Assembly: GCA_963693365.1 (NCBI GenBank)
Contig: CAVNZM010000003.1
Coordinates: forward strand, 14,416,914 to 14,480,913
Reading direction: 5' to 3'
DNA: 64,000 bases
Source of the DNA: Amoebidium appalachense
Taxonomy: Eukaryota > Protista > Ichthyosporea
Shown here: positions 39,979-52,451 of the stretch, one piece after another
How the letters are laid out: each line of letters opens with the position of its first letter
Numbering within the stretch: position 1 is the stretch's first letter
Notes under the pieces: model-generated
What the model was told of the DNA's origin: nothing
Databases searched by the model: none
The model's input: only the letters and a program-made list of their open reading frames with translations
Translations under genes and position numbers: made by a program

Positions 39979-40776
39979 GGAACGGGGGTGAGGAGCTGAG
40001 GAAGACAGAGAGAGGAGGTCATGCGAGGAGAGGCCGAGGAAAAGCTTGGGGTGGGAGGAGGGGAAGAGAGATAAAAAGAGAGGCTGGATAAGGAGGGAGC
40101 GAGAGGGAGAGGGGGGTGGGGAGGGGGGAGAAGGGAGAGGGAAAGGGAGGGGGGGGGGGGGGGAGAGGGAGAGGGAGAGGGGGGGAGGGGGGGGAGAGAG
40201 AGGGGGGGAGGGGGGGGGGGAGAGAGAGAGAGAGACTAGGGGTTGGGGGGGGGGGGGAAACTCTGAAGGGGGGCGGGGGGGAAGAGTATGTGAGTGTGTG
40301 TGTGTGTGCTTGAGGGGGGGGAGGGGGGGGGGAGGGGGGGGGAGGGGGGAAGGAGAGAGAGATGTAAAGAGGGAGGGATGGAGGGATGGAGGAAGGGAAG
40401 GAGGAAAAAAGCGTCCTGACATTGAAATGAAGGGGCATACTATGCAAAGCACAGAGATCCCAGAATTTTTGGGCTGCCAAGCGAAAGACTAGTCTACACC
40501 ATTCACGAAAAACATACCAGAACCTTCCACCCAGCAAAAAAGCAACAGGAGAAGATGCGCAGGAAGAGGGAGGCAGAGAGGAGATGGGAGAAGAATCTGA
40601 AGGATGAGAATTGAGGAAGACGCGGCGGGAGGGGGGCGGGGGAGGGGGGGGAGGGGAGGGCGGAGGGGGAGGGGTGCGGCGGGGAGAGGGGGGGGGGGGA
40701 GGGGGGAGGCGGAGGGGGGTAAACCTTTGCTGCTGTCTGCTGGCTCTATGACTTTGTGCTGGATTCGTGAGGCCAT
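37199..40776 (-). pseudogene. F-box/LRR gene A (exon 1 40725-40776, exon 2 37199-38961)
   Basis: MASRIQHKVIEPADSSK|ELLGSIVRHLPLNDWCSLSATCH F-box-like motif, followed by LRRs. In-frame TAA at ~38828 and frameshifts near 38043 and 37370. Confidence 0.8.
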
Positions 40777-41435
40777 GTTAACCACCAACGCCATTGAATT
40801 AAAACACCGGAGACACCGCGGGCAAACGGGCGCATCTTGATCCCTTGCTCGTTGTCATAGGACGGTAAAACACCGTTCATGCAGGTATAGATGGATGGAA
40901 AAGTATTACAGAAGGAATTATAATAGGTATAGCTATAGCTAAGTTTCAGTTAGAGTCTAAGCTGAAAAAGCAAGGCCTCCTACTCTGACAGAGGGAAAAA
41001 GGCGCCGACGAAAAAGTTTTAAGGTGCTGAAGACCTGCATGTACTGCAGTGCAAGTTGGGCCAGTAGAAGCCGAGCACTGGGCCACTGGCTTGGGACCAC
41101 GGCCCTCTGTGTTCAGAGGGCCAAGTTTAGAGCTTTCTAATTGGTTGGTATCTTTTTTGGCGCGCGATCGGACAAATAAGAAAGACAGGCGCGCAGGCGC
41201 CAAGCGCTATGATAGCCTGCAAACTTTAAAGTGAAGTGAGGAAGCTTCGTTGTTTTGTCTTTATTCGCGAAAGTAGCTATTATCTTTGGCAAGGTCTGTT
41301 CCCTTGGGTATTTCACATTTGATTTTTTCTGGCAAGGTAAAGCGAGAAGAGTCAAGCAAGGGGCCGTTTGCACGCACAGTTCACACACTTCCCCTTTACA
41401 AAAGTGAATAGCGTTGGTGGTTGCACGGTGCCAAC
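40777..41435. promoter_or_regulatory. Divergent promoter region between F-box/LRR genes A and B
   Basis: Head-to-head ATGs ~660 bp apart. The block GTCCGATCGCGCGCCAAAA...CCAACCAATTAGAAAGCTCTAA (CCAAT box) is conserved upstream of gene C at ~46980-47030. Confidence 0.55.
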
Positions 41436-42083
41436 ATGGCATCACGCGGCCAGCACAGACTCATAGAGCCAGCAGACAGCAGTAAAGGGATTCCCCCCCC
41501 CCCTCCCCCCCCCCCCCCCCCCTCCTCCTCCCAGCCCCCCCATCCGCGCCCCCCCTCCCCCCCCCCCCCCCCCTCCCCCCCCCCCCTCCCCCCCTTCCCC
41601 CTGCCCCGCCCCGCCCCGCCCCGTCCCGTCCCGCCCCTCCTTCACCCTTTCTTTCTCTATCTCTCCCCTTCTCGAGCTCCCTCCCTCTCTCCCTCCCTCT
41701 CGCTCTCTCTCTCTTTCTCTCTCTCTCCCTCTTCCCCCCCCCCCCCCCCCCCCCCCTCTTAGTCCTCCACGCAGCACCCATACTTGCTCTTTCCTAGCCC
41801 TTCCTCCCTTTTCCAACTCTTTTTTCTGTGGTAAAAGCCTTTGAGTATACTATTCTGTTTCTGCTAGGGCAGAGAGACAAGAAGGGCTCACAAGGGCACA
41901 AAGATCAAGGAGAAAGGGCTGCAGGAAGTCGAAACTGTATGTGCGATGGGGAGGGGGGAAGGGGGGAGCAGGGAAGAGAGAGAGGAGAGGGAGGGAGGGA
42001 GGAAGTTGGGTGGGTGGGAAGGAGGGAGGGAGGAAAGGAGGGGGGGGGGGGGGGGGAGAGAGAGAGAGAGACAAAGAGAGAGA

Positions 42084-42119
<36 letters not shown>

Positions 42120-42165
42120 GAGAGAGTGAGTGAGTGAGCGAGCGAGTGAGGGAGAGAGAGAGAGC

Positions 42166-42239
<74 letters not shown>

Positions 42240-44470
42240 GAGGAGGAGGAGGAGGATGGGCGGAGAGAGAGTTTGTGGGTTTGTGTGTGCGACTGTTTGG
42301 GAAGTTGCTTGAGGGTAAACATGGTAAGGGAGCATGGCAGTGTAAAGAGAAATGGCAAAAGGATGGAGGCGAGGGGGCAGGGGGCAGGGGGGGGGGGGGG
42401 TGATGGAGATGAGAGAGCGGGGGGAGAAGGGGAAGGGGGAGGAAGCTCCGGAGAAATATGAAGACTCGAATGGTAGGAGGAAATCTGGTACTTCGTCAGT
42501 GAGTTGGTAGATGTGGTGAGTAACAGAATGAAAGGGAAACAAGAAGGCACGTACGAGCAAACATGTGCATTGGTTTATGCACATAGGATACGAATATTCG
42601 GATCTAACTAACTTTCCTCCCACCCTCCCACTCCACTAGCCTGCCCTCTGTCTCTGCTTCCCACAGAGCTGCTCGGGTCCATTGTCCGCCACCTGCCCCT
42701 CAATGACCGATGCTCACTTTCGGCAACATGCCACACCCTTTGCAACATTGTGCGCACCAACCACGCAGGACCCGTCACCGTACTCATCCCTGACCCGGAC
42801 CGAGTGTCAGAGGCGGAAAATACACTGTCAGAGCCATGGGTGTGTGCTTTTTCTCTGTTTTTTCACACGTGGTCAAACGCAATCACCGAGGTGGAGTTGC
42901 ACATGGCCAATCTTGAGTGCACAGATGCCGTAGAAAGGGGGTATCAGAGGGCCATGTTCGTCATTGCGATGTTATCACTTCCCAATCTCACAGCCCTATC
43001 GGTAATGTGCGGCGTGTCAGCATTCTACACGGGCTATTTGGAAGATTTGGTGGCACTACTACGGCCAGTGTTGATAAAGAGGGGAGCACAGTTGAGAAAT
43101 CTCACCGTGTGTTTGCACGGAACTATTGACGACGATGACGATGATGACTACGCACCGATGGACGATGACGCACGAGATTTCATGGGCGAGGCGGCACTTA
43201 TTTCTTTTCTGTGGGAGCGGTGCCCCAATCTTCGTAACCTGACGGTGTCTGGGCTTGCTTGGCCCGTATTCGTCGAGGGCCGCAAGCCATTTTTACGGTC
43301 GGCCATGGTGTCTATAGGGGGCCGCGCCGGTTCTGTGGCAAGCTCCATCGTGCAATGCTCCCCAGCCATTTCTGTTTTGTCGCTTGGCGGAGTCGGCCTG
43401 TGCGGACACGGGATAATGTTTATCAACTGCGTTACCAACCTGCGCACGTTGTATCTGTATGACGTCTACATTCCCGTTCTGAATCTGTCCCCCTTGGCGG
43501 CATGCCCGCATCTTAGCCGCCTGGCTGTTGGGGCTGATGACGATTCCACAGTTCATGTTCGGAATATATCTGCACCTCCTGCCCTACGTGTGGTTGATAT
43601 GACGGGTGTGGCTGGGGTGACGGACAGTAGCGTGGGTCTTGCCGAGGCGATTTTGTCGCGTGAACGTAGCATAGAGGATCACCCGCCGAATATTCGTTTT
43701 CTGGGCGGGTCGGCAAACACACTTCGCAAATTGGCCCTCGCGGGCGATTTATGTACGCAGGTTTCAGAGCTTGCCCCGTTGGGCATAACCAACCTAACCA
43801 GCATCTGCCTGCGTGAATTCAAGGAACTCTCCTCTTTTTCTCTCGCCGACCATCCAAATCTGCAAGAACTACGTACTGACAACGTAGACACTGACACCCT
43901 TGGGCCGGCCTGTTCCCACCGCAGCCTGCAGACCGTAAGAATCGAAAGTTTCGACGGTTCCCCTCCTCTCAGGGACATCACGGCGCTTGCGGGAAGCCCA
44001 ATCAAATCCATTGTGCTCATAGGTTTGGTGCTAGAGGGCATCGATCCGCTACGCACGTGCACGCAACTAACCCACGTCCAGTTTCAATATTGTAAGGTTT
44101 CTTCCATTGAACCACTTGCCGGCCTACCCCTCGAAAGCATCGACCTACTTCATGCCGGCAGCTTCACATCTCTCCAACCGCTTGCCGCATGCACCCGCCT
44201 ACGTCGCCTTAAATTATGTCTTCTGCATAACGTCACCACCTTGCCCCTCTTGCCGGTCTACCCCTGGAAACCCTTGCACTGGGCCATTGTAAGAATGTCG
44301 CCGACATCAGTGCACTCTCGCACTGCACGGCCCTAACCAGCCTAGCGATTAGGGGGTTGCCCCAAGTCAGCAATCTGCTGTGTCTAGGGGCCCATCCCTC
44401 CCTGCGCAACATAGAGCTCGAACACGAATGCCCATGGGACCTCACACACCTGCAAGGGCATGTGACTATC
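41436..44470 (+). CDS. F-box/LRR gene B (exon 1 41436-41481/41487, exon 2 42667-44470), late frameshift
   Basis: F-box-like LLGSIVRHLPLNDRCSLSATCH is in frame with ORF 42750-44336. Internalin-type LRRs (SSIEPLAGLPLESIDL). 1-nt deletion near 44240. GTGAGT donor at 44471. Confidence 0.75.
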
Positions 44471-44686
44471 GTGAGTTGGCCAACCCCCCTCCCCCCACTC
44501 CCCTCCCCCTCCAACCCCCCCCCCCCCCCCCCCCCCCTTCTTTCCCCCTCCCCCCTTCTCCGACATGCACACGCACATGCCTGTGCAGGCACACATCCAC
44601 ACGCATGGACACGCACGCACGCAAACACACACACACACCACGCACAAGCACACGCACATGCACACACACACACACACACGTACACA

Positions 44687-44787
<101 letters not shown>

Positions 44788-45047
44788 TCAGCTGCATGTT
44801 GGAACAGGGCAACAGTCCATTTATTCACACATGAGCCTTCGTGCTTCAATGCATTACATTGCTAAGCATATCCACACTCTCGAAATAATAAAATGCACAC
44901 CAACACTTTGCGGCATATGCATAGAACAACACATGCACGTGCACACATATGTTTTTAAAATTTGTGAGCTCCCCGGCAATTTGGTGCTCAGTTTCGCCCC
45001 CAGCCACATCTGCCTCCCCTCCCCTTCCTCCCTCCTCCCCCCCCCCC

Positions 45048-45084
<37 letters not shown>

Positions 45085-45543
45085 CATACACACACGCACA
45101 CAAACACAGTCGGACTGAATGTCTTTGTTCTTGTCAAGGGTACTGTCAGGCTACAAGTTACAGGTGTTCTTTCACTCCCCTCCCTCCCTCCCTCCCTCCT
45201 TCCCTATTATCTCTCCCTCACACCCTCCCCTCCTTACCTCTCCAGCTATTCTCTCTCTTCCAATCACACACCCTTCGTTCCCCCTTCCCTCTCCCCGCCT
45301 TCCCTTCATTGCCCCTTGCTGTGCTGTTCTTGCCATCCCCCCCCGCCCCCTCCCCCCTCCTCCCCTCTCTCTCTCACCTTCTCCTTTCCCCGTCACCCCC
45401 CCCCCCCCCTCCCAGGCCCTATCCCCCCCCCCCCCCCCCCCGCCTTCCCCCCCCCCCCCCTCCCCCCCCTTCTGCCCTTCTCACTCCTGCCCTTCTTCCT
45501 CTGCCTCTGCCCATACCGTTTGCATTCCCTTAGACTCTCATAT

Positions 45544-45577
<34 letters not shown>

Positions 45578-46350
45578 CCCTCCTCCTGCTCTGGCATAAT
45601 CTGTGATGTGTTGCCCGTCGTGAATGTGTACTTCGCCAACTGTAACACAACCCATCTTCCCTCCCCCCCCTCCCCCCCCCACCCCCTCCCACCCAACACA
45701 CACACACACCAACAACAACAACAACAAAAAAACCCTCACCTTCCTGTATTTTTTTCTGACCGACACCTTTGCAGACAACGATCTAGCTCGGATGATATCT
45801 GAGCCAGTCGGGGCAACAAGAGAAATCGGTGGGCGGTGGGTCCTGTCGTTACCCCCTGCCATATGGGTGGTATTGGGGTTTGCTCTCATGACCGTCGCTG
45901 GTTTCCATGAGGGTTTCTGTATGTGTTGTTAATGATGTGTTTGTGTGTTTTGATCGGCAGAGGTGTGTGATATCGGTTAGGGATAAGTACATGCGGTGTA
46001 TTGGCATGAAGAGATATGTAAGAGTGTTTGGATGTACATGTGTTGAGTTTTAAAGCCTTTGGGGTCATGTCATCAGGTAGCAAATTGTTTTGTTTATTTG
46101 GATATGGGATCTATATTGCAAGACCTTTTTCTCGGAGCCCCAAAGGAGTGTGACTGGTAATGCGCACTTATAAAGTGTGGGATAAGAAGGCAGGCCGGTG
46201 ACAAAAACAAGCACATGTCTGCACATGCCCATTTTTTTCCTACACACGCGCGCGTGCATTTTCCTACACACAAGCATGCGCACGCGCACGTGCACACGCA
46301 CACACACGGATGCACGCACGCACGCACATATACACTTCTGCATGTGCGCG

Positions 46351-46383
<33 letters not shown>

Positions 46384-46490
46384 GCAGACATGCACGCACA
46401 CACATACACACACACACTCAAAACATAAAGAGCACACACACACAAACACACACGTGTGCGCGCACGCACCCACCCACGCACGCACCCACC

Positions 46491-46523
<33 letters not shown>

Positions 46524-47048
46524 GAAACAAAAAGTACACGCGCGCGCGCACACACACACGTATGGGGGGGGGGGGGGGGGGGGGGGGGGGTGGGACAGAA
46601 TGTGGAACGTGGTACGAAGTACAATTACACGATGAGAAACACTGCCAGTGTGCAGGACCCATGCGCAGGCAAATATTCAAGTACGGCAGCATAAATAACG
46701 GGAGAAGGTATGCTACGAAACCAAGGCCCATCCTCCCCCCGGGCCTGGGGGTGGGGTGGGGTGGCGGTGGTGGTGGTGGTGGGTGGGTGGGTTGGGGGGG
46801 GGGGGGGGGGGGGGGGGATTCGGAAGAAAGGATACACATTGCAATTAATGAAACCGAGCTTCTGCACATCTATGTGCAGATAGCAAGCAGCTGGCCGGGC
46901 GTTCGCAGACTCGGAGACTCGCGCGCGCGCCAAGGCGAGTAGGAGGCCTTGGCGCGCACTTGCCTTTCTTTCTCATTATGTCCGATCGCGCGCCAAAATC
47001 GATCCCAACCAATTAGAAAGCTCTAAGCTTTGAGCCTCAGCCAGGGCC

Positions 47049-47379
47049 CAGGGGTGTTGCGACTTGACTTCAAGTCGCGACTTGAAGTCACCAAGGACCT
47101 CACCATCCATCAAGTCAAGTCAAGTCATGATGCCAGACATTATATTGACTTGAGGGGGGAGGGGGGCTTGGCCACGGCCCTCTGAACCGTGGCTTGGCGC
47201 GGGGAAGCATAAGAAGATTGGTTGGAAGGGGAGGCGTAATGCTCGCCCGTGGCCATGGCAGGCGCAGGCCGGAGGGGTTACTTAAAATAGTACTCATCCA
47301 AGTCGCGACTTTAAAGTCAAGTCAAGTCATCAAACCCAGCAAACAATTATAATGATTGAGGCTCTGCCACTTACCCCTG
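47049..47379. mobile_element. MITE-like insertion in the gene C promoter
   Basis: CAGGGGT...ACCCCTG termini, internal AAGTC/GACTT repeats and palindromes. Absent from the homologous gene A promoter. TSD not seen. Confidence 0.5.
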
Positions 47380-47564
47380 GCCTTTGAAATAGACACTGTA
47401 TCGGAACTTCAGCGTTTTTGTAGGCTGTAAGACCTTCTTTTCCATCTTTTACTTGCATGCACGGTGTTTTATCAACAAGCAAGAAACGAAGGTAGGCTTG
47501 TTGGCCCGCGGTGTTTCCCGTGCTTCATGCAGTGCGATAGCGCTGGCTTAATGGTACTACAAAC

Positions 47565-48128
47565 ATGGCTTCGCGAATCCAGCACAGATTCATAGAGCCA
47601 GCAGACACCAGCAAAGGTTCATCCTTCCTCCCTCCCCCCCCCCCCCCCCTCCCCCCACATCGGCGCCCTCCCCCCTCTCCCCTCCCCACATATCCCCATC
47701 CTTTTTTTTTTTCTCCTTGCTCCCCTCTGCCTGCCTTTCCTGCCTCTCCTTTCCTTTGTTTTTTTGCGGGGTGGAAGGCTCTGATATTTTTAACGTTGAC
47801 CAATGTAAACTTGTATTCGCTTGGCAGCCTAAAAAACTCTCGGGTCACCTTGCTTTTTCATCCCTGTGCTCCTCCCTTTCAACGTCAGGTACGCTTTTCC
47901 TCCTTTCCTTGCGTCTCTCCCTTCCTCCCTCTTTCCCTCCCTGCCTCTCTCCCTCCAACCCCCCCCCCCCCCCCCCCCCCCCCTCCCCCACCCCCCTTTC
48001 CTTTCTCCGCGTCCGCTCAAACCCCCGCCCCCCCCCCTCCCCAACACACACACACATTCTCTCTCTCTTCTCCCACACACACACTCTCTCTTCTCTCTCT
48101 CCCCCTCCCTCTCGCCCTCTCGCCCTCT

Positions 48129-48160
<32 letters not shown>

Positions 48161-50775
48161 TCCCCTCCTCCCCAGTCCTCTCTCTCTCTCTCTCTCTTCC
48201 GCCCCTCCTCCCTCCCTCCCCTCCCCCCTCTTTCTCTGTCTCTCTCTCTCTCTCCCCCCCCCCCTCCCTCTCTCTCCTCCCCTTCTCTCTCTCTCTCTCT
48301 CTTTCTCTCTCCCTCCCTCCCTCTCTCCCTCTCTCTCTCCTCCCTGTCTCTCTTCTCTCCCTACCCCCCCTTCCTCTTTTGCTCTCGTCTTCCACCCTGC
48401 CCCTCCCCCCTCTGTTTGTCTCTCTCCCCATCCTGCTCCCCTTCCTTAGGTCTCTTCTCCGACGAACCTCCTCCCCTCCCTACCTTCCTCTTCCTCACCC
48501 CCCTCTCCCCCCCCCCCCCCCCCCCCCCCGCCGCTCCCCCCCCCCCCCCCACCCACCCACCCACCTTCACCCGTTCTTTCCAATCCCTTTTATTTTTTAC
48601 CCGTTACTTCCCGAACACTCCTGACCCCTGTTTGTCTATGTGACCCCTGGGGACAAGGAGGGGGCGGGGGGGGGGGGGGGGGGGGGGAGGGGGGGAGGGG
48701 CCTCAGGGAGGGACAAATTAGAGATATATTCAGGGAAATACGTGGAAGGTAGCAGAAGTTTGGAATTACGTGGGCGGAGAATGGGAATAAATGGAGGAGG
48801 GAAAGGAGGTGAAATATGAATAGAGGCGGCCTTTTTTTTTTTGTGTGTGTGTGGGGGGGGGGGGGGGGGGGGGGGGAGGGGGGGGGGGGGAGGGGGGGGG
48901 GGGGGAGGGGGGAGGGGGAAGGGGAGGCACACGTTGGAGATGGACGGTAGGACGTTGTCTTGTAGTCAATAACTGTGTGGGCTGAATGGAGGGGGAGAGA
49001 GGGAGGGGGAGGGGGGGGGGGGGGGGGGGGGGGGGGAGAAAGGGGCAGAGTGCGATTTTAAGAACACTACTTGGAGTTGTAATGGCAGGGCCTGCACGTT
49101 CAAGAGAAAGGGTGGGTGGGTGTGTGTGTTTGGGGAGGGGGGAGGGGGGTGGGGGGGTGGGGGGGTGGCCTTCTGGATAGAATAGAGATCCAAAAGCAGG
49201 AGGGTTTTTGGGACTTTTCAAAGGGTGGTACAAGTGGTGAGAACAGAATGATAGGGGGGAATGAAGGCCCGTATGGGCAAGCAAATATGTAAACTGCTTT
49301 ATGGGCATAGGTTTAGAAAATTCCTTGTTCTGACCAACATCCCCCCCCCCCCCTCTCCCCCCCTCCCCCCCCCCCCCCCCCCCCCCCCCAACACACACAC
49401 ACACACACACACACACCACCAGCCTGTCCTCTGTCTCTTCTGCCCACAGAGCTTCTCGGGTCCATTGTCCGCCACCTGCCCCTCAAGGACCGATGCTCAG
49501 TTTCGGCAACATGTCACGTGCTTTGCAACATCGCACGCAGCATCCACGCAGGTCCCGTCAGCCTAAGAATTCCCGATACGTACCAAGTGGAAAAGGCGGA
49601 CGGCAAGCTTTCGGAGTCATTATCGTGTGCCTTTACCCTTTTCCTTCACACGTGGGCAAACACGATTGCCGCCGTGGAGGTAGATATGTCCGAATTCGAG
49701 TTCACGAATGGCCCGGCGAGGGTGTTTCAGAGCGCCATGCTAGCCTTTATGTTAATGTCCCTCCCAAGCCTCACAGCACTTAGGTAACATGCGGCGTGTA
49801 CAGCGAGCCGTATTTGGAAGATCTGGAAGGGCTGCTCCGGCCAGTCATTATGAAGAAGGGAGCACAGTTGAAAGATCTCGATGTGCAATTGTGTTCAGTT
49901 GAGACAGCAATGTTCCGCGTAATACGGCCGGGGAGGCGGCGCTCATTTTGTTTCTGTGGGAGCGATGTCCCAACCTTCACGGGCTGACTGTTACCGGGTT
50001 TTCCTGGCCCGAATCGATCAGTGTGCACAAGACGTCTTTAAGCAGGGTGTCGTTGGTAACCCCATCGGGTGAATCGGTACGGTCCGTCCTACCGTGTGCA
50101 CCGGCGATTCGTAGTTTGGCCATGGGCGATAGCGATGTTTTTCTGTATGGAAATGGGATATTGTTCATCGGCGCGGCTACCAACCTGCGCACGTTACATC
50201 TCAACGACGTCGACGTTCCTGTTTTGGATTTGTCCCCCCTTGCGGCATATCCACACCTAAGCACCCTTTTTGTGAAAGGAGGGGGGAGGGCACGGTTGAA
50301 GTTCGGAATATTTCCGCCCTTGCGGCCCTACGTACAGTGGAGATGGATGGCGTGGAAAGGGTGAAGGGTGATAGTGTGGGTCTTACAAGGGTGTCTTTTT
50401 TGCATCATGGTGGTATGGTGGGGCAGATGGATGTTCGGTTCCTAGGGGGGTCGGCGAAAACACTTCGTGATTTGGATTTCTCGGGTGATTGGGTTGTACA
50501 TGCATCGGAGCTTGCCCCGCTGGGCATAACCAACCTGACCAGTATTTTGCTGCGCGGTTGCAGAGAAGTATGCGAGTTTTCTCTCGTTGACCAACCAAAC
50601 CTGCAGGAGATATCTATGGTCTATTTCAACGCCCGCACCCTTGGGCCTGCCTGTTCTCACCGCAGCCTGCAGACCGTACGAATGTCCTCCGTTAACTCCC
50701 GCCCTGGGCCTAGCCTGGACATCACGGCACTGGCGGGAAGCACAATCAAATCCTTTGCAGTTTACGATGCAAGGC
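47565..50775 (+). pseudogene. F-box/LRR gene C (exon 1 47565-47616, exon 2 from 49450), frameshifted and 3'-truncated
   Basis: Closest to gene A (QSAMLAF, LDFSGDWVVHASELAPLG). Shifts near 49785, 49930 and 50285. Homology stops at FAVYDAR. Confidence 0.85.
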
Positions 50776-50903
50776 TAAGTAGCCCTATAATCCCCCCTCC
50801 CCCCCCCCCCCCCCCCCCAAAAAAAAAAAAAAAAAAAAAAAATACAAAATCATAATAAAAAACACAACCACCAATGGTATCATCAAGCACAATCCACACG
50901 TGC

Positions 50904-50982
<79 letters not shown>

Positions 50983-51022
50983 GCGCGCGCGTGTGCGCAA
51001 TGCACCCACGCAAACAAGCGCG

Positions 51023-51060
<38 letters not shown>

Positions 51061-51854
51061 CTCTTCCCCCCTTCCCCCCCAACAAACACACTCACCGTAA
51101 CTGATACACACTTACACGCACGCACGCACGCACGTACACGCACACGCATGCGTGCACACACACACACACACACATACACACACTGCGCGCACACGCATAC
51201 ACATTCACATACATACACAAAGGGGTCAGACTCTTCAGTATCTGCACGGGTGCATGTACTATATTAGTTCTGGTTTTATGTGACCGGTGTGTATCTCCGT
51301 CTCAGCTAAAAGGTGCTCTTGTGCATCGCAATGTTTGCAAGGCGTGACTGTGCATGTGAGCTTGCACGAGGTGTCTGTGCGTGTTTTTTAGTTCATGCAG
51401 TGCCCAACAGCATCGTTTGAATAAATCTGCTCACGGCGCAGAATTTCATTGTTATCATAATGTTTATGCTTTTGTACATAAATTCCAAATTTTACTCAAC
51501 TTTTTTTTTTTTTTTTTTTTGGCCCCGCTGAATGACACCGTCCTCTCCATGGCGGAAAAAAATTGCTTTTTGCTCGATATTTTCTGTGCCCCGAAGGCGG
51601 GGCGGGGCCGGGGGAGAGAGGAGGGGGGGGGGGGGGGGGGGGGGGGGGGTTGCATATTATTTCTTGTTTTGATTCCGGCCCATTGAATGATTCTGCATTT
51701 CAAACAGAGAATCAATCTCTCTTGGGCAGAATAATTTTCCTTGCAACGAGCTTATCCGGCAGCCGTCAACAGAATAGTTCTGCTTTTGCACAATAATAAA
51801 CCTGCTTTAGCATAACTGCTAGGTGCAGAATTTGGTTAGGCTCTTTGTATATTA

Positions 51855-52396
51855 TCTATTATCTATATATATAATGCGTTGTTTGCCGGACCTCAAATCC
51901 GGAATTTGGAGGGGACCTAAGGCCATTTTGTGAGGCATCAAAAACCATCGAAACGTTTCTTAGTTGTTTTTATGACATCAAAATCGCTAAATATTCTTGA
52001 GATACCAATGAAAAAGCCTAAAATAACTATATATTTGATAATGAGAAAATTGAAATATAGTGCCCTAAAGTTGGGCCCGAGAGGATGTACGTACTCGGGG
52101 CTTTGAAATAAAAAGAAAAAAACCAGCGGTTTCGGAGTCTACTGTGAACACGCTGGGCTGAATGACGGCAGAGATCAGGTGATTCCCGTATCAAAACGGT
52201 TTTCGTTTCTAACCCAGAATGGAACGCACTTTTTTTAGAGAAATTCGGCGACATTTTTACAAAGTACTATATCATTGGTACAACGACATTTTGAAAATTT
52301 TAATGTAATAGTACTACCAATCCAATCACAAAAACCTCAAAGGTCTGCTAACACCGGTTTAGGGGGACACGGGGATGAGGACGGTAAATTCTATAT

Positions 52397-52451
<55 letters not shown>

